From positions 1 to 10,171 of the forward strand of contig NW_021827482.1 of the NCBI RefSeq assembly GCF_006345805.1: a stretch of 10,171 bases of DNA. Reading direction: 5' to 3'. The notes beneath the pieces were generated by a model, which saw only the letters and a program-made list of their open reading frames with translations, was not told the origin of the DNA and did no database searches. Below, one piece after another: positions 1 to 8,575 of the stretch (position 1 is the first letter of the stretch; each line of letters opens with the position of its first letter). The stretch comes from Octopus sinensis. Lineage: Eukaryota. A program made the position numbers and the translations under genes.

Positions 1-323
1 TAATGATGTTAACATTATTGACATTTTGGAAATTAGTATAAATTAATATAATGTACTCTTGAATCTGTATATCTGTATTTGGGTATTAATATGTGTATGC
101 TTTTTTTATATTGTAATATCACAATATTAAGTTGAAAAACTGTAACGTTGAATATGGAACATGTGTATGTTTATTGATTTATATTATTTATATTATCATG
201 TATGTGTATATGTATATGTATAGGAGTATGAGTATATGCACTCATATGTATATGTATATGATTTATTATGGGTATGTACCCACACTTATGTAAGTGTATA
301 TGTAATTTGGTTTGTATTTCATA

Positions 324-449
324 ATCTCCGAAGAGGCCTTAGGATATTTTTGTAAATGTCCCATTTATAACTACATATTGACCTACACACATGGCTAATA
401 TAAGTAAAATGAAACATATTTATCTGCAGGGCCGAAACAGCTGTAAGAT
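324..449 (+). ncRNA. Minimal type I hammerhead ribozyme motif (PLE/retrozyme type) with U4C core variant and a large stem II insertion
   Basis: Stem I ATCT 324-327 pairs with AGAT 446-449. Core CCGAAGA 328-334 (canonical CUGANGA). Stem II GGCCTT 335-340 / AGGGCC 428-433 (one G.U), extended by GGATA 342-346 / TATCT 421-425. GAAA 434-437; palindromic stem III ACAGCTGT 437-444; cleavage triplet GUA 443-445. Confidence 0.7.
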
Positions 450-453
450 GTAG

Positions 454-489
454 TTTATATTTATATTTATATTTATTTATATTTATATT
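454..489 (+). repeat. (TTTATA)n short tandem tract immediately 3' of the hammerhead
   Basis: About 5-6 imperfect TTTATA units read directly from the sequence. Confidence 0.8.
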
Positions 490-677
490 CTCTTATACAT
501 ACTGTACTTATTGTATCATATTACTCCTTTATGTACACTCCTTTATGTACACTGTTTTGTCATATATTATTATGTTTGACCTTAAAGTTTCTTATGTAGT
601 GGTTTAATAAGGTATGTGATTGGGTATTATCTGGTAGTTGATATTTGATTTGGATGTATTTCTCCATTTTCTTATTT

Positions 678-679
<2 letters not shown>

Positions 680-708
<29 letters not shown>

Positions 709-815
709 GTACGTACGTACGTACCTATGTATTATGTATGTATGTATGTATGTATGTATGTTGTATGTATGTATGTATGTATGCATGCATGCATGTATGT
801 ATGTGTACGTATATG
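680..815. repeat. Compound microsatellite (TA)n-(TACG)n-(TATG)n
   Basis: Direct reading; it explains the Y/I/V/C/M-rich ORFs at 604-933. Confidence 0.95.
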
Positions 816-1302
816 TCGAACGATGAAAATGAGTGCTCAGTACCGCATTGGTAGATGTGATTTCTTTATTTGTGAATTAAGGCTACCAATGGTTACATGT
901 CAAGAAAAGCAGGAAAATGTCCTAGTGTCTTAACAATTTTTCAAGCCGATCATACACACACATACGCGCGCGCACGCACGCACGTACACACAATCTGCAT
1001 ATATACTCATTATTGCATTCTCATTGTCTTCCCTTAGTTCATCGACCGTTTCAGAAATCTTGTTTTTCGAGCTGCGGGGTGTCTAAAAATCACCTTCCTC
1101 GTCAAGCAAGCTTGGAGGGTCTGTCAGCTTAGTCACCAACGACCCAAACACGCAACAGGTTTCACTGAGTTACATATCACTACAAGCGCTCTCAAGCGAT
1201 CTGACCACAATATATATATATATTTGTGTGTATGTGTATGTGTGTGTGTGCGCGCGCGTGTCCAAGTATGTGTGCGTGCTGACGTGTGTCTCTGTATCTG
1301 AA

Positions 1303-1362
1303 GGCGCGTGTCGTAGGGGTTATGGTGTTGGGCTCATGATCGTAAAGTTGTGAACTAAATTC
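1303..1362 (+). mobile_element. Degenerate tRNA-derived SINE head
   Basis: ggcgcgtgtcgtaggggttatggtgttgggctcatgatcgtaaagttgtgaactaaattc follows a decayed tRNA layout (A-box-like, anticodon-arm-like ctcatga, eroded B box). It cannot fold as a real tRNA. Confidence 0.4.
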
Positions 1363-1556
1363 TTTAGCCTACCCACTGATAAATGAAGATCAGCGGCAGC
1401 TGAGGGATAAGAGGCCAACACCATGAGGTACTACCATGGACCCTCGTCCCGGTCAATGTCAGTCCTTATAAAACAAGGAAACCAAAATAAATTCCGGTCC
1501 GCATGGACATAGGTTGAAGCCAGACTTTAAATTTAAATTAACGCGCACGCACACAT

Positions 1557-1675
1557 TAGTGGTTAAGAAGTTCGCTTTACAACCACATGGTTTCGGTTTC
1601 AGTCCATATTCAACAGCAAGCGTCATCCACTCTAGCCCCTGGCCCATCAATGAATGAATTTGGTATATAGAAACT
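1557..1675 (+). mobile_element. Degraded 5' part of the tRNA-derived SINE family also seen at 7489-7850
   Basis: agtggttaagaagttcgct...aaccacatggtttc-GGTTTCAGTCC (B-box-like, 1595-1605)...gaatttggtatatagaaact aligns by eye to 7500-7623 (aaccaccatggttccgcgttcagtc...ggatttggtggacagaaact). Confidence 0.6.
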
Positions 1676-1879
1676 CATTGAAAGCCAACTCTTTCACTTC
1701 AATCTGTCCTTTTTCTTTTTTTTCTCGTCCCTCCTTAATTTTTCAATCCCTCTACCTCTACCTCTCGTCTCTCTCCACGAGACCGGTGTTCGGCTAAGCC
1801 CGACCTTTCTTTTTTCGTTCGACTACCATCCTCCCCATGCCTTTTTTATATACATATGGTGGCGCACGTACACTTTAGT

Positions 1880-2020
1880 CTCGTGTTTGTATGTATGTAT
1901 GTATATATGGATGGATGGATGGGGATATATATGTATGTATATGTATACATGTATATATATATATTATATATATATATATAAATATTTATATATATATATA
2001 TATAATATATATATATATAT
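1880..2020. repeat. (TATG)n/(TA)n microsatellite at the 5' junction of the PLE
   Basis: Direct reading. Confidence 0.95.
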
Positions 2021-2400
2021 ACAACCAACCCAAAACACTTATAGGGTCCCACCACACCATTCCACGAACCTAAGAGCCACAACATACATACTATAAAATA
2101 CAACCCACATAACCAAACCAAACGCTACTACCAACATCCACCCAGGAACCAACCATACAACCATAACAAACAACAAATGCACTACGGAGGAAACAACTAC
2201 CAACACAATACACCTGAGGAACTAAGACGTAACACTAGTTCAACACAGACTCCAGAACAGAGCACCACAAACTCACTCTGACAATTATAACAACATGAGA
2301 CAGATAAATAATAGCTTTGAACATAACTACACCAACCATTTTTTAGACCCCACACACAGGAACAGGGACACACGATGGCAAAGGACAAACAAAAGAAACC

Positions 2401-4656
2401 TCAGTAATTAAGATAATCAATCTCTCAACAAAGAACTTACACCTAACGAAATAAGCATACTCTCCAAAGGACTTAAATTTACACCCCACCCCACAACGTT
2501 CTAATTATTATGAAATGAAAGATGATATTTCGGAATTTTGCAGAAAACTAAGACTCACCGAGGCATTTCAAGACAACAATAGAGGAGGACTCAATAGCTA
2601 GAAACAAGAGCAATTACACCCCCACCACAGGTAGAAAGAAAGCCTTAGACCGCTATTGTGACTACATAACTAATTTCCCGTTTCAATTCATCAAGAAACA
2701 AAAACACACAGCCCTAATTCAACAAAAGAGAATGGAACGACCTCATCAAACTAAGAGAAGACAAACAATAACAATTAAGGAGACAGATAAGGGCAACGCG
2801 ATAGTAATAATGAATACAAACAATTATAAAAATTAGTGCTATCCCTATTAAGAGATGAAACGTATTATGAAAGGGCCCAACAGTATAACCAGCAAAAAAT
2901 AATGCATAACCTTAGGACATTAATCAACACATACAGAGAAGACTCGCGAACAAGGAGTATGAATACATCACTAACTTCAAATGCAAATCGAGTTTGTTCT
3001 ATGGTATCCCTAAGGTACACAAAAGCCAAACCATTAGAGAAACGTGCAAAACATCCACCGACACACTCATCAAAATCCCTTCACCAAATGATCTTAAACT
3101 AAGACCGATAATAGCAGGGCCAGCATGTGAAACTCACCGCCTCAGCAATTTCTTAGACACACTTCTTAAACCTTTCCTAAAACACATCAAAAGCTACGTA
3201 AGAGACGATATAGATATGCTCAACCACCTCCCTAAAACAGTCAATGAGAAAACCCTTCTAGTATCATTCGACGTAGTTAATCTTTATTCTAACATCCCTC
3301 ACAACCTAGGAATAGAAGCAATCACCTTCTGGCTGAATAACTACCCCTTTGAACTCCCAACTCGCATAAACAAAGACCTTATAATAGAAGGACTTAGATT
3401 CATTTTAGAGAACAATTATTTTATTTTTGACAATGATTTCTACAGGCAAAGATCGGGAATAGCGATGGGCACGCGTACTGCACCATCTTTTGCCAACCTA
3501 GTGATGGGATACCTCGAGAAAATACTATACCGGATACACTCGAGAAATATGGAACACCTTCGCCACCTATATCCATAACAACTGGAAAAGATACCTCGAT
3601 GACTGTTTCATCATCATCTGGGACAAAGGCATAGAGAAACTTGAGGAATTTAAAATTCTATTAAATGGAATAAATGACAATATACAATTCACGATGGACC
3701 ACAACGAAAAAGAATTACCATTTTAGACATCCTCATTAAGAAAACCGGCAACAAAATAGAGACAGATATCTACTATAAACCGACAGACTCTAAACAGTAC
3801 CTACCCTTTGATTCATGCCACCCACGACACACTAGAATGAATGTCCCTTTTTGTTTAGCTAGAAGGATTTGCACCATATATCAGACACAAACACCCGACA
3901 CACACGTCTCCAGGAACTTAGAACCACACTCACAAATAGAAACTATCCACAGCCCCTAATAGACAGTGCAATCCAACGGGTACTTAAATTAAGTATAGAA
4001 GACCTGAGACAAACAAACCAAAAAGAAAGAACAATTAAAAACCCTTCCCTACATCTCTACACACAACCCACTCAACAATGAGGCCTTCAACACCATACTA
4101 CAAAGCACAGCCCTACTAAAGGAGACCCAAAGATGAACCGGATCCTCGAAACACACCCATCATTAAAAGTAAACGGCAACCAAAATCCTTGAAAGGATTT
4201 TAACCCAAGCTACACTGCACTCAACATCAACCACAAAACCAGCAGTTAGAAATGTGGAAGGCACAACTGCGGAATCTGTGTCATCTTGAAAGAAGGATCA
4301 AATTTATACTGGAACAAGGCCACCAGTTCACCATTAGAACAAACTTCACCTGCGCATCAGAAAACTTAATTTACGTCATAACATGCGCAGGCTGCAATAG
4401 GCAGTATATAGGCCATACAAAAATAGCTTACGTAACAGGATGGCGGTGCATAAATCACAAATTTAGAAACCCTGATTACCGCAAAATACCGGTCAGCGGA
4501 CACATAGATAGATGTGCTGGAAATGTAATCCGAAATTTACAACTAACCCGCTCTATAAATTCAGTGACAACGCAACCTTCACACAACGCCAAAATAAAGA
4601 ACTATATTTCATAAAAATTTAGACCAAGTTTAAACACCCTGGGCCAGGAATACTAA
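2401..4656 (+). pseudogene. Frameshifted PLE reverse transcriptase + GIY-YIG endonuclease ORF
   Basis: IINLS 2413-2427 and LSKGLKFTP 2460-2486 (PLE N-terminal region). FYGIPKVHK, LRPIIAG, LVSFDVVNLYSNIP and QRSGIAMGTRTAPSFANLVMG lie in ORF 2994-3578. WKRYLDDCF has YLDD at 3592-3603; then thumb-region LPFDSCHP. CGRHNCGIC 4253-4279; LIY 4366-4374 and YIG 4405-4413; ending KELYFIKKFRPSLNTLGQEY* (TAA 4654-4656). Multiple frameshifts and stops. Confidence 0.92.
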
Positions 4657-4821
4657 ACAAAAGATAAGTCCTCCGAAAAGGAGAACCAAATTTCACCACG
4701 CCGCTACTTCAAACAGACACTCACTCTGACGGAAATATGCCTTAGTAAAAAAGGAAAAAAATTCTTTCGTGCAAATCTGACCCTGATACATACGATACAG
4801 CTAAGGGTCAGACCCGATTCT

Positions 4822-5180
4822 GATTGGTCAACAAGTTGATGACGTCTAGCTCTGCTAGAATGGACAGGATACAAACAGGGGACAGTCATTAGTCAGAATA
4901 TTGATGACGTCCTTTTCTGCTTGAATAGTCACCTAACAAGTACAGACAGGGGGCAGATCTAATGTAGCTATAAGTCGTGATTGGGCAGAATCTGGATGAC
5001 GTCCCGCTATGCTTGACTAACGAAGCGACTGGTCAAGACAGGAAACAACAAGAGGGAGTTATAATGCAGCGATTGGTCAAAATAATGATGACGTCCCGTT
5101 CCACTTGATTAAGCCACCTAACGAAACGATTGGTCAAACATTGATGACGTCACGCTACCGCTAGATTGACCACCTAACAG
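4822..5180 (+). promoter_or_regulatory. Five-module array of inverted CCAAT box (ATTGG) + CRE-like TGACGTC
   Basis: ATTGG at 4823, 4888 (variant ATTAG), 4980, 5072 and 5129. TGACGTC at 4840, 4905, 4997, 5089 and 5145 (the last is a perfect TGACGTCA). The spacer is 12 nt in four modules and 11 nt in the fifth. Confidence 0.7.
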
Positions 5181-5184
5181 GCAT

Positions 5185-5268
5185 TATAAAACCGAGCATT
5201 TCACAAAAACTCACTAGAACCACCCAGCGAACTTCCACCATGGGTCATCACAATTGCTTAAGGTAAAA
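5185..5268 (+). promoter_or_regulatory. Putative Pol II core promoter and first exon: TATA, Inr, Kozak ATG, splice donor
   Basis: TATAAAA 5185-5191; CTCACT 5210-5215 (BBCABW initiator, A 28 nt from the TATA start); CCACCATGG 5235-5243; AAG|GTAAAA donor at 5262/5263. Confidence 0.6.
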
Positions 5269-5400
5269 ATGAATTCCTCGCTCTTTCGGAAACATCAATC
5301 TTCTGTATTGACCGCTTTCCACCACTTTGATCTGTTTTTTGTATTGAATACGTATCGCCACCGTGGGCCACTGCATCGAACACTTTGAACATATACTTCA

Positions 5401-5468
5401 AACTATATATCAACTATACATGAACTATATATCAACTATACATGAACTATATCAACTATACATGAACT
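5401..5468 (+). repeat. 22-bp tandem repeat x3 (AACTATATATCAACTATACATG)
   Basis: Units 5401-5422, 5423-5444 and 5445-5464 (third copy is 20 nt). Confidence 0.9.
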
Positions 5469-5654
5469 CTAAAGATGTCTGACTCCGTTGTGTATTATAA
5501 CTGAATTTCTTGTGTTTGACGGCATGAGCTGTCCTCTTTTTATATAAACTTTTTTTTTGAAAGGTTCATTTCAGAACTGAAACATGTTATAATGTATATA
5601 TAAAAATTAAAAATTGTATAATACAGCAACATTTTCGAACTTCATTTTTTACAA

Positions 5655-5659
5655 ATATA

Positions 5660-5701
<42 letters not shown>

Positions 5702-5738
5702 CATATACACATACATACATATATGTATACCACACATA
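5655..5738. repeat. (TA)n/(TACA)n microsatellite
   Basis: Direct reading. Confidence 0.95.
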
Positions 5739-5890
5739 TTTTTTTTTTTTTTACTAGTTCGTCCGTCGTTATCGACGATAACTAAGGACATTACACGGGA
5801 GTAGAAGTTGAAGCACAATGTGTCCGGCTATGCTCGATCAGTTCGATGCGTGCCTGGAAGGCTCTGCCGCAGGTCGGGCACTTGTGGTTT
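5739..5890 (-). mobile_element. 3' tail of an RTE-like non-LTR retrotransposon with C-terminal C2H2 zinc finger, 3' stem-loop and poly(A)
   Basis: The minus strand translates NHK-CPTCGRAFQARIELIEHSRTH-CASTSTPV* (Cys codon 5878-5880, stop 5791-5793), a C-x2-C-x12-H-x3-H finger resembling RTE ORF ends. The 3' UTR has a cgtcg-ataa-cgacg hairpin (5764-5777), then GGACGAAC and an A-run (plus-strand T 5739-5752). Confidence 0.7.
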
Positions 5891-5891
5891 A

Positions 5892-6102
5892 CTGCAATTC
5901 CGCCTTCGTGTCAGCTTTGCCATGTCCATTAACAAATCTCCGGGTCAAACCCTCTCTGTAGCTGGTCTTCTCTTGGAAGAGCCCTGCTTTTCGCATAGGC
6001 AACAGTATGTTGGCTGCTCAAGAGTAGGAACCAAAAGAAACCTTTTTTGTATATGCTCCACAAGGAAAAACAGGGAACATTGTTTACAACGAGGTGTTAT
6101 AA
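5892..6102 (+). pseudogene. Helitron RepHel PIF1-like helicase C-terminal remnant
   Basis: LQFRLRVSFAMSINKSPGQTLSVAGLLLEEPCFSHRQQYVGCSRVG matches PIF1-family QFP...AMTINKSQGQT...FSHGQLYVA.SRV. After a frameshift in the T-run 6043-6048 it continues VYAPQGKTGNIVYNEVL* (TAA 6100-6102). Confidence 0.88.
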
Positions 6103-6189
6103 TCTCAACAGCCAGGAGGTATATACATGATCCCCCTTTTTTTTTAACAAACTTCATGTACTTTCATGTATTTATATTAATATACATAT

Positions 6190-6190
6190 A

Positions 6191-6274
<84 letters not shown>
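6190..6274. repeat. (TG)n + (TA)n microsatellite inside the Helitron 3' region
   Basis: Direct reading. Confidence 0.95.
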
Positions 6275-6276
<2 letters not shown>

Positions 6277-6335
6277 CAGAAAAGTCTAATTCTTCCATTG
6301 AATGTAACCGGGCAACGCCGGGTATCTCTGCTAGT

Positions 6336-6606
6336 ATATTTATATATATATTATATTTATGCATATAGATAAATATATACACAAATATACACATACATAC
6401 ATACATACATATGTATATAGATATAGATAAATATACACATACATACATACATATATATGTATATAGATATAGATAAATATACACATACTTACATACATAT
6501 ATATATGTATATAGATATAGATAAATATACACATACTTACATACATATATATGTATATAGATATAGATAAATATATACATACATACATACATATATATGT
6601 ATATAG

Positions 6607-6646
<40 letters not shown>

Positions 6647-6800
6647 ATACATATGTACATATTTCTAGATGTAGACATGTACATACATACATACATACAT
6701 ACATACATACATACATACATAATACATACATACATATATACATATATACATATACATATATACATATATATATATTTACACATATATACATACATATGTA
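6336..6800. repeat. Complex microsatellite block with a 46-48 bp higher-order unit
   Basis: Unit ATGTATATAGATATAGATAAATATACACATACATACATACATATAT starts at 6411, 6457, 6505 and 6551, with a partial copy at 6597. Confidence 0.9.
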
Positions 6801-7369
6801 CCTATGTACTCGTAGAAACTCACATTTATCAATGGCGCTGTGTGATGGACGTTAGTTGTATTTTCTCTTTATTATTATTTATATAGCTGCTTCCTTTCCA
6901 TTGCACTTTGTATAGGAGGCCGAGTGAATAGTTAACGAATCCACAAAGCTACCGTTTTCGTTTGAAGTTTTTCGACAACTTCAAATACGCACACGCATAC
7001 ATATACGCAAACCAACATACACACACCTGACGCATTAGCTTACGTACATCTACAAATAGACAGATATATATATTCTCAATGCCAGTCTCCTTGGATTCAC
7101 TTTCATTTTTTTAAAACATTCATTCTCATGTGTGTATGTGCATATACATACATATGTAAGTATGTATGTATGTATGTGTGTGCTTGTATGTATGTAAGTA
7201 TGTATGTATGAATTAACAGCTAAGGTTTTAAATGTGATATTAAAAAGTAATGAAAGAGACACGAACTCAGTAGGACGCGTTAGTTTACATGGTAATAGTT
7301 TACATCTTGTCAATGGGTGTTGGTGGTAGGTAGAGTATCGTGTGTATTTTTTTACCTATGTATAAATAT

Positions 7370-7402
<33 letters not shown>

Positions 7403-7488
7403 GTATATATGCGTATGTGTATACATATATATACACACACACACAATTACATATATTTGCATATATATATATATATATATTATATATC

Positions 7489-7850
7489 GCAGGAGTGGCT
7501 GTGTGGTAAGTAACTTGCTTACCAACCACCATGGTTCCGCGTTCAGTCTCACTTGGGAAAGTGTCTCCTACTGTAGCCTCGAGTCGACCAAAGCCTTGTG
7601 AGTGGATTTGGTGGACAGAAACTGAAAGAAGCCCGTCGTGTATATGTATGTGTGTGTATATATGTGTGTGTCTGTGTTTGTCCTCCAACATCGCTTGACA
7701 ACCGATTCTGGTGTGCTACGTTCCCGTAACTTAGCGGTTCAATAGAATAAGTACTAGGTTTACAAAGAATAAGTCCTGGGGTCAATTTGGTCGACTAAAG
7801 GCGGTACTCCAGCATGGCCGCAGTCAAATGACTGAGACAAGTAAAAGAGT
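7489..7850 (+). mobile_element. Near full-length tRNA-derived SINE with internal microsatellite (cephalopod-like family)
   Basis: A box TGGCTGTGTGG 7496-7506; B-box-like CGTTCAGTCTC ~7540-7550; internal (TG/TA)n ~7640-7670. The 3' half (cccgtaacttagc...aataagtcctggggtcaatt...cgactaaaggcggt..ccagcatggccgca...gtaaaagagt) recurs at 9791-9975. Confidence 0.8.
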
Positions 7851-8575
7851 ATATATATATATATATATAGGCATATATGGGTGCAGGACGTCACTAACAG
7901 TAAACAACATGAAATACGAAAATAAATGAGTTAAATACACAAATAATGAGGGGAAAGAAATGGAAAACAAGACAAGTAGTACAAAGAATACAAAGAACGA
8001 CCCTTCATCAGTTGTCGGCTGTGTATCTGCTCCCCATTTCGAGCAATCAACGACAATATGAGTCTCCGAAGACAGTTGCTCCCATAAATACCAAAATAAA
8101 ATTTGGGATTTTTTGGAGGGTTAAAGTTTGGAACAAAAACAGGACAGTGGAGACATACAGGGAAACCGAACGAAAACAAATATGGAGAGTCGTTAGACCT
8201 GAACGAGGGGAAAATAGTAAACGCTGAGAGAAATATTTTCTTTGAATAGAGAAAAGATAGAAGAGAGAGATAGGAGACGTTCATTCCTTAGAAGGTCCGT
8301 GCAGGAAAGATGGGCACGTGAAAAAAAGAAAGATGGAGGATGGTCACGTGTGAGCAACGAGGGAGAGAGAGAGAGAGAGAGAAAGAGAAAGAGGGAGAGA
8401 GAGAGAGACAGATAGAAAATGGTGAAAGGGAGAAAAGGGGAATTAGAGAGGATGGGGGAGAAAACAGTACAGAATAGAGTCGCATCAAAAAGGTTAAGAT
8501 AAACTCGTATGGAAATGGATGCGGGGGTGTTCAATTAAATAATAATATAAATAATATTCATATATATACATATAT

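Larger units (their letters stand above)
2021..5654 (+). mobile_element. Penelope-like retroelement (EN+, C-terminal GIY-YIG; Neptune/Nematis-like linker), 5'-truncated and inactive
   Basis: A/C-rich coding strand carrying PLE RT and GIY-YIG motifs, followed by a non-coding 3' region with a promoter-like array. Bounded by (TA)n on both sides. The boundaries are inferred from those junctions. Confidence 0.88.
5892..6334 (+). mobile_element. Helitron 3' fragment
   Basis: Helicase C-terminus (next feature), then GC-rich hairpin accgg-gcaacg-ccgggt 6307-6323, terminal CTAG 6331-6334 and host T at 6335. This is the canonical Helitron 3' end. Confidence 0.85.

Noticed and set aside
523-553. 14-bp tandem duplication ACTCCTTTATGTAC x2
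   Set aside because: Ordinary slippage duplication.
846-891. 9-bp inverted repeat CATTGGTAG/CTACCAATG
   Set aside because: The 28-nt interior is largely unpaired and there is no supporting context; compatible with chance.
604-933. Y/I/V/C/M/H/T-rich ORFs here and at 1846-2121, 6164-6886, 7050-7691, 8692-8981, 9321-9571
   Set aside because: They are translations of (TA)n, (TG)n and (TATG)n microsatellites, which lack stops in some frames.
2021-4656. Selenoprotein-encoding Naiad-type PLE
   Set aside because: The endonuclease is C-terminal, not N-terminal; disruptions are mainly frameshifts; no SECIS recognised.
4822-5180. Repeat array as CRISPR, or as an ER-stress element (ERSE)
   Set aside because: Eukaryotic context, degenerate units of variable period and no cas genes. 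The motif and spacing differ from ERSE (CCAAT-N9-CCACG).
5754-5777. Apparent second Helitron 3' end on the minus strand (hairpin, 6 nt, CTAG, T), suggesting a double-ended Helitron
   Set aside because: It sits just downstream of a C2H2-finger ORF stop and just upstream of a poly(A) run, so it is better explained as an RTE-like LINE 3' stem-loop.
5808-6275. 155-aa ORF as a host PIF1 helicase gene
   Set aside because: Chimeric and frameshifted; followed by a Helitron hairpin-CTAG terminus.
6961-6985. Hairpin TTTGAAGTT-7nt-AACTTCAAA
   Set aside because: AT-rich and isolated, with no partner terminus or target-site duplication.
7489-7550. SINE heads (also 1303-1362, 1557-1605, 9660-9752) as tRNA genes
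   Set aside because: Only A/B-box-like motifs; no complete cloverleaf, and they continue into SINE bodies.
8005-8011. Minus-strand CTGATGA as a complete hammerhead
   Set aside because: No stem II closure, GAAA or NUH site in a valid topology; kept only as a low-score lead.
8066-8072. Second CCGAAGA resembling the core at 328-334
   Set aside because: No pairing stem II or stem I with the nearest GAAAC (~8162).
7931-8284. ORFs on both strands (117 aa and 93 aa)
   Set aside because: No recognisable domain; they arise from purine/pyrimidine strand bias.
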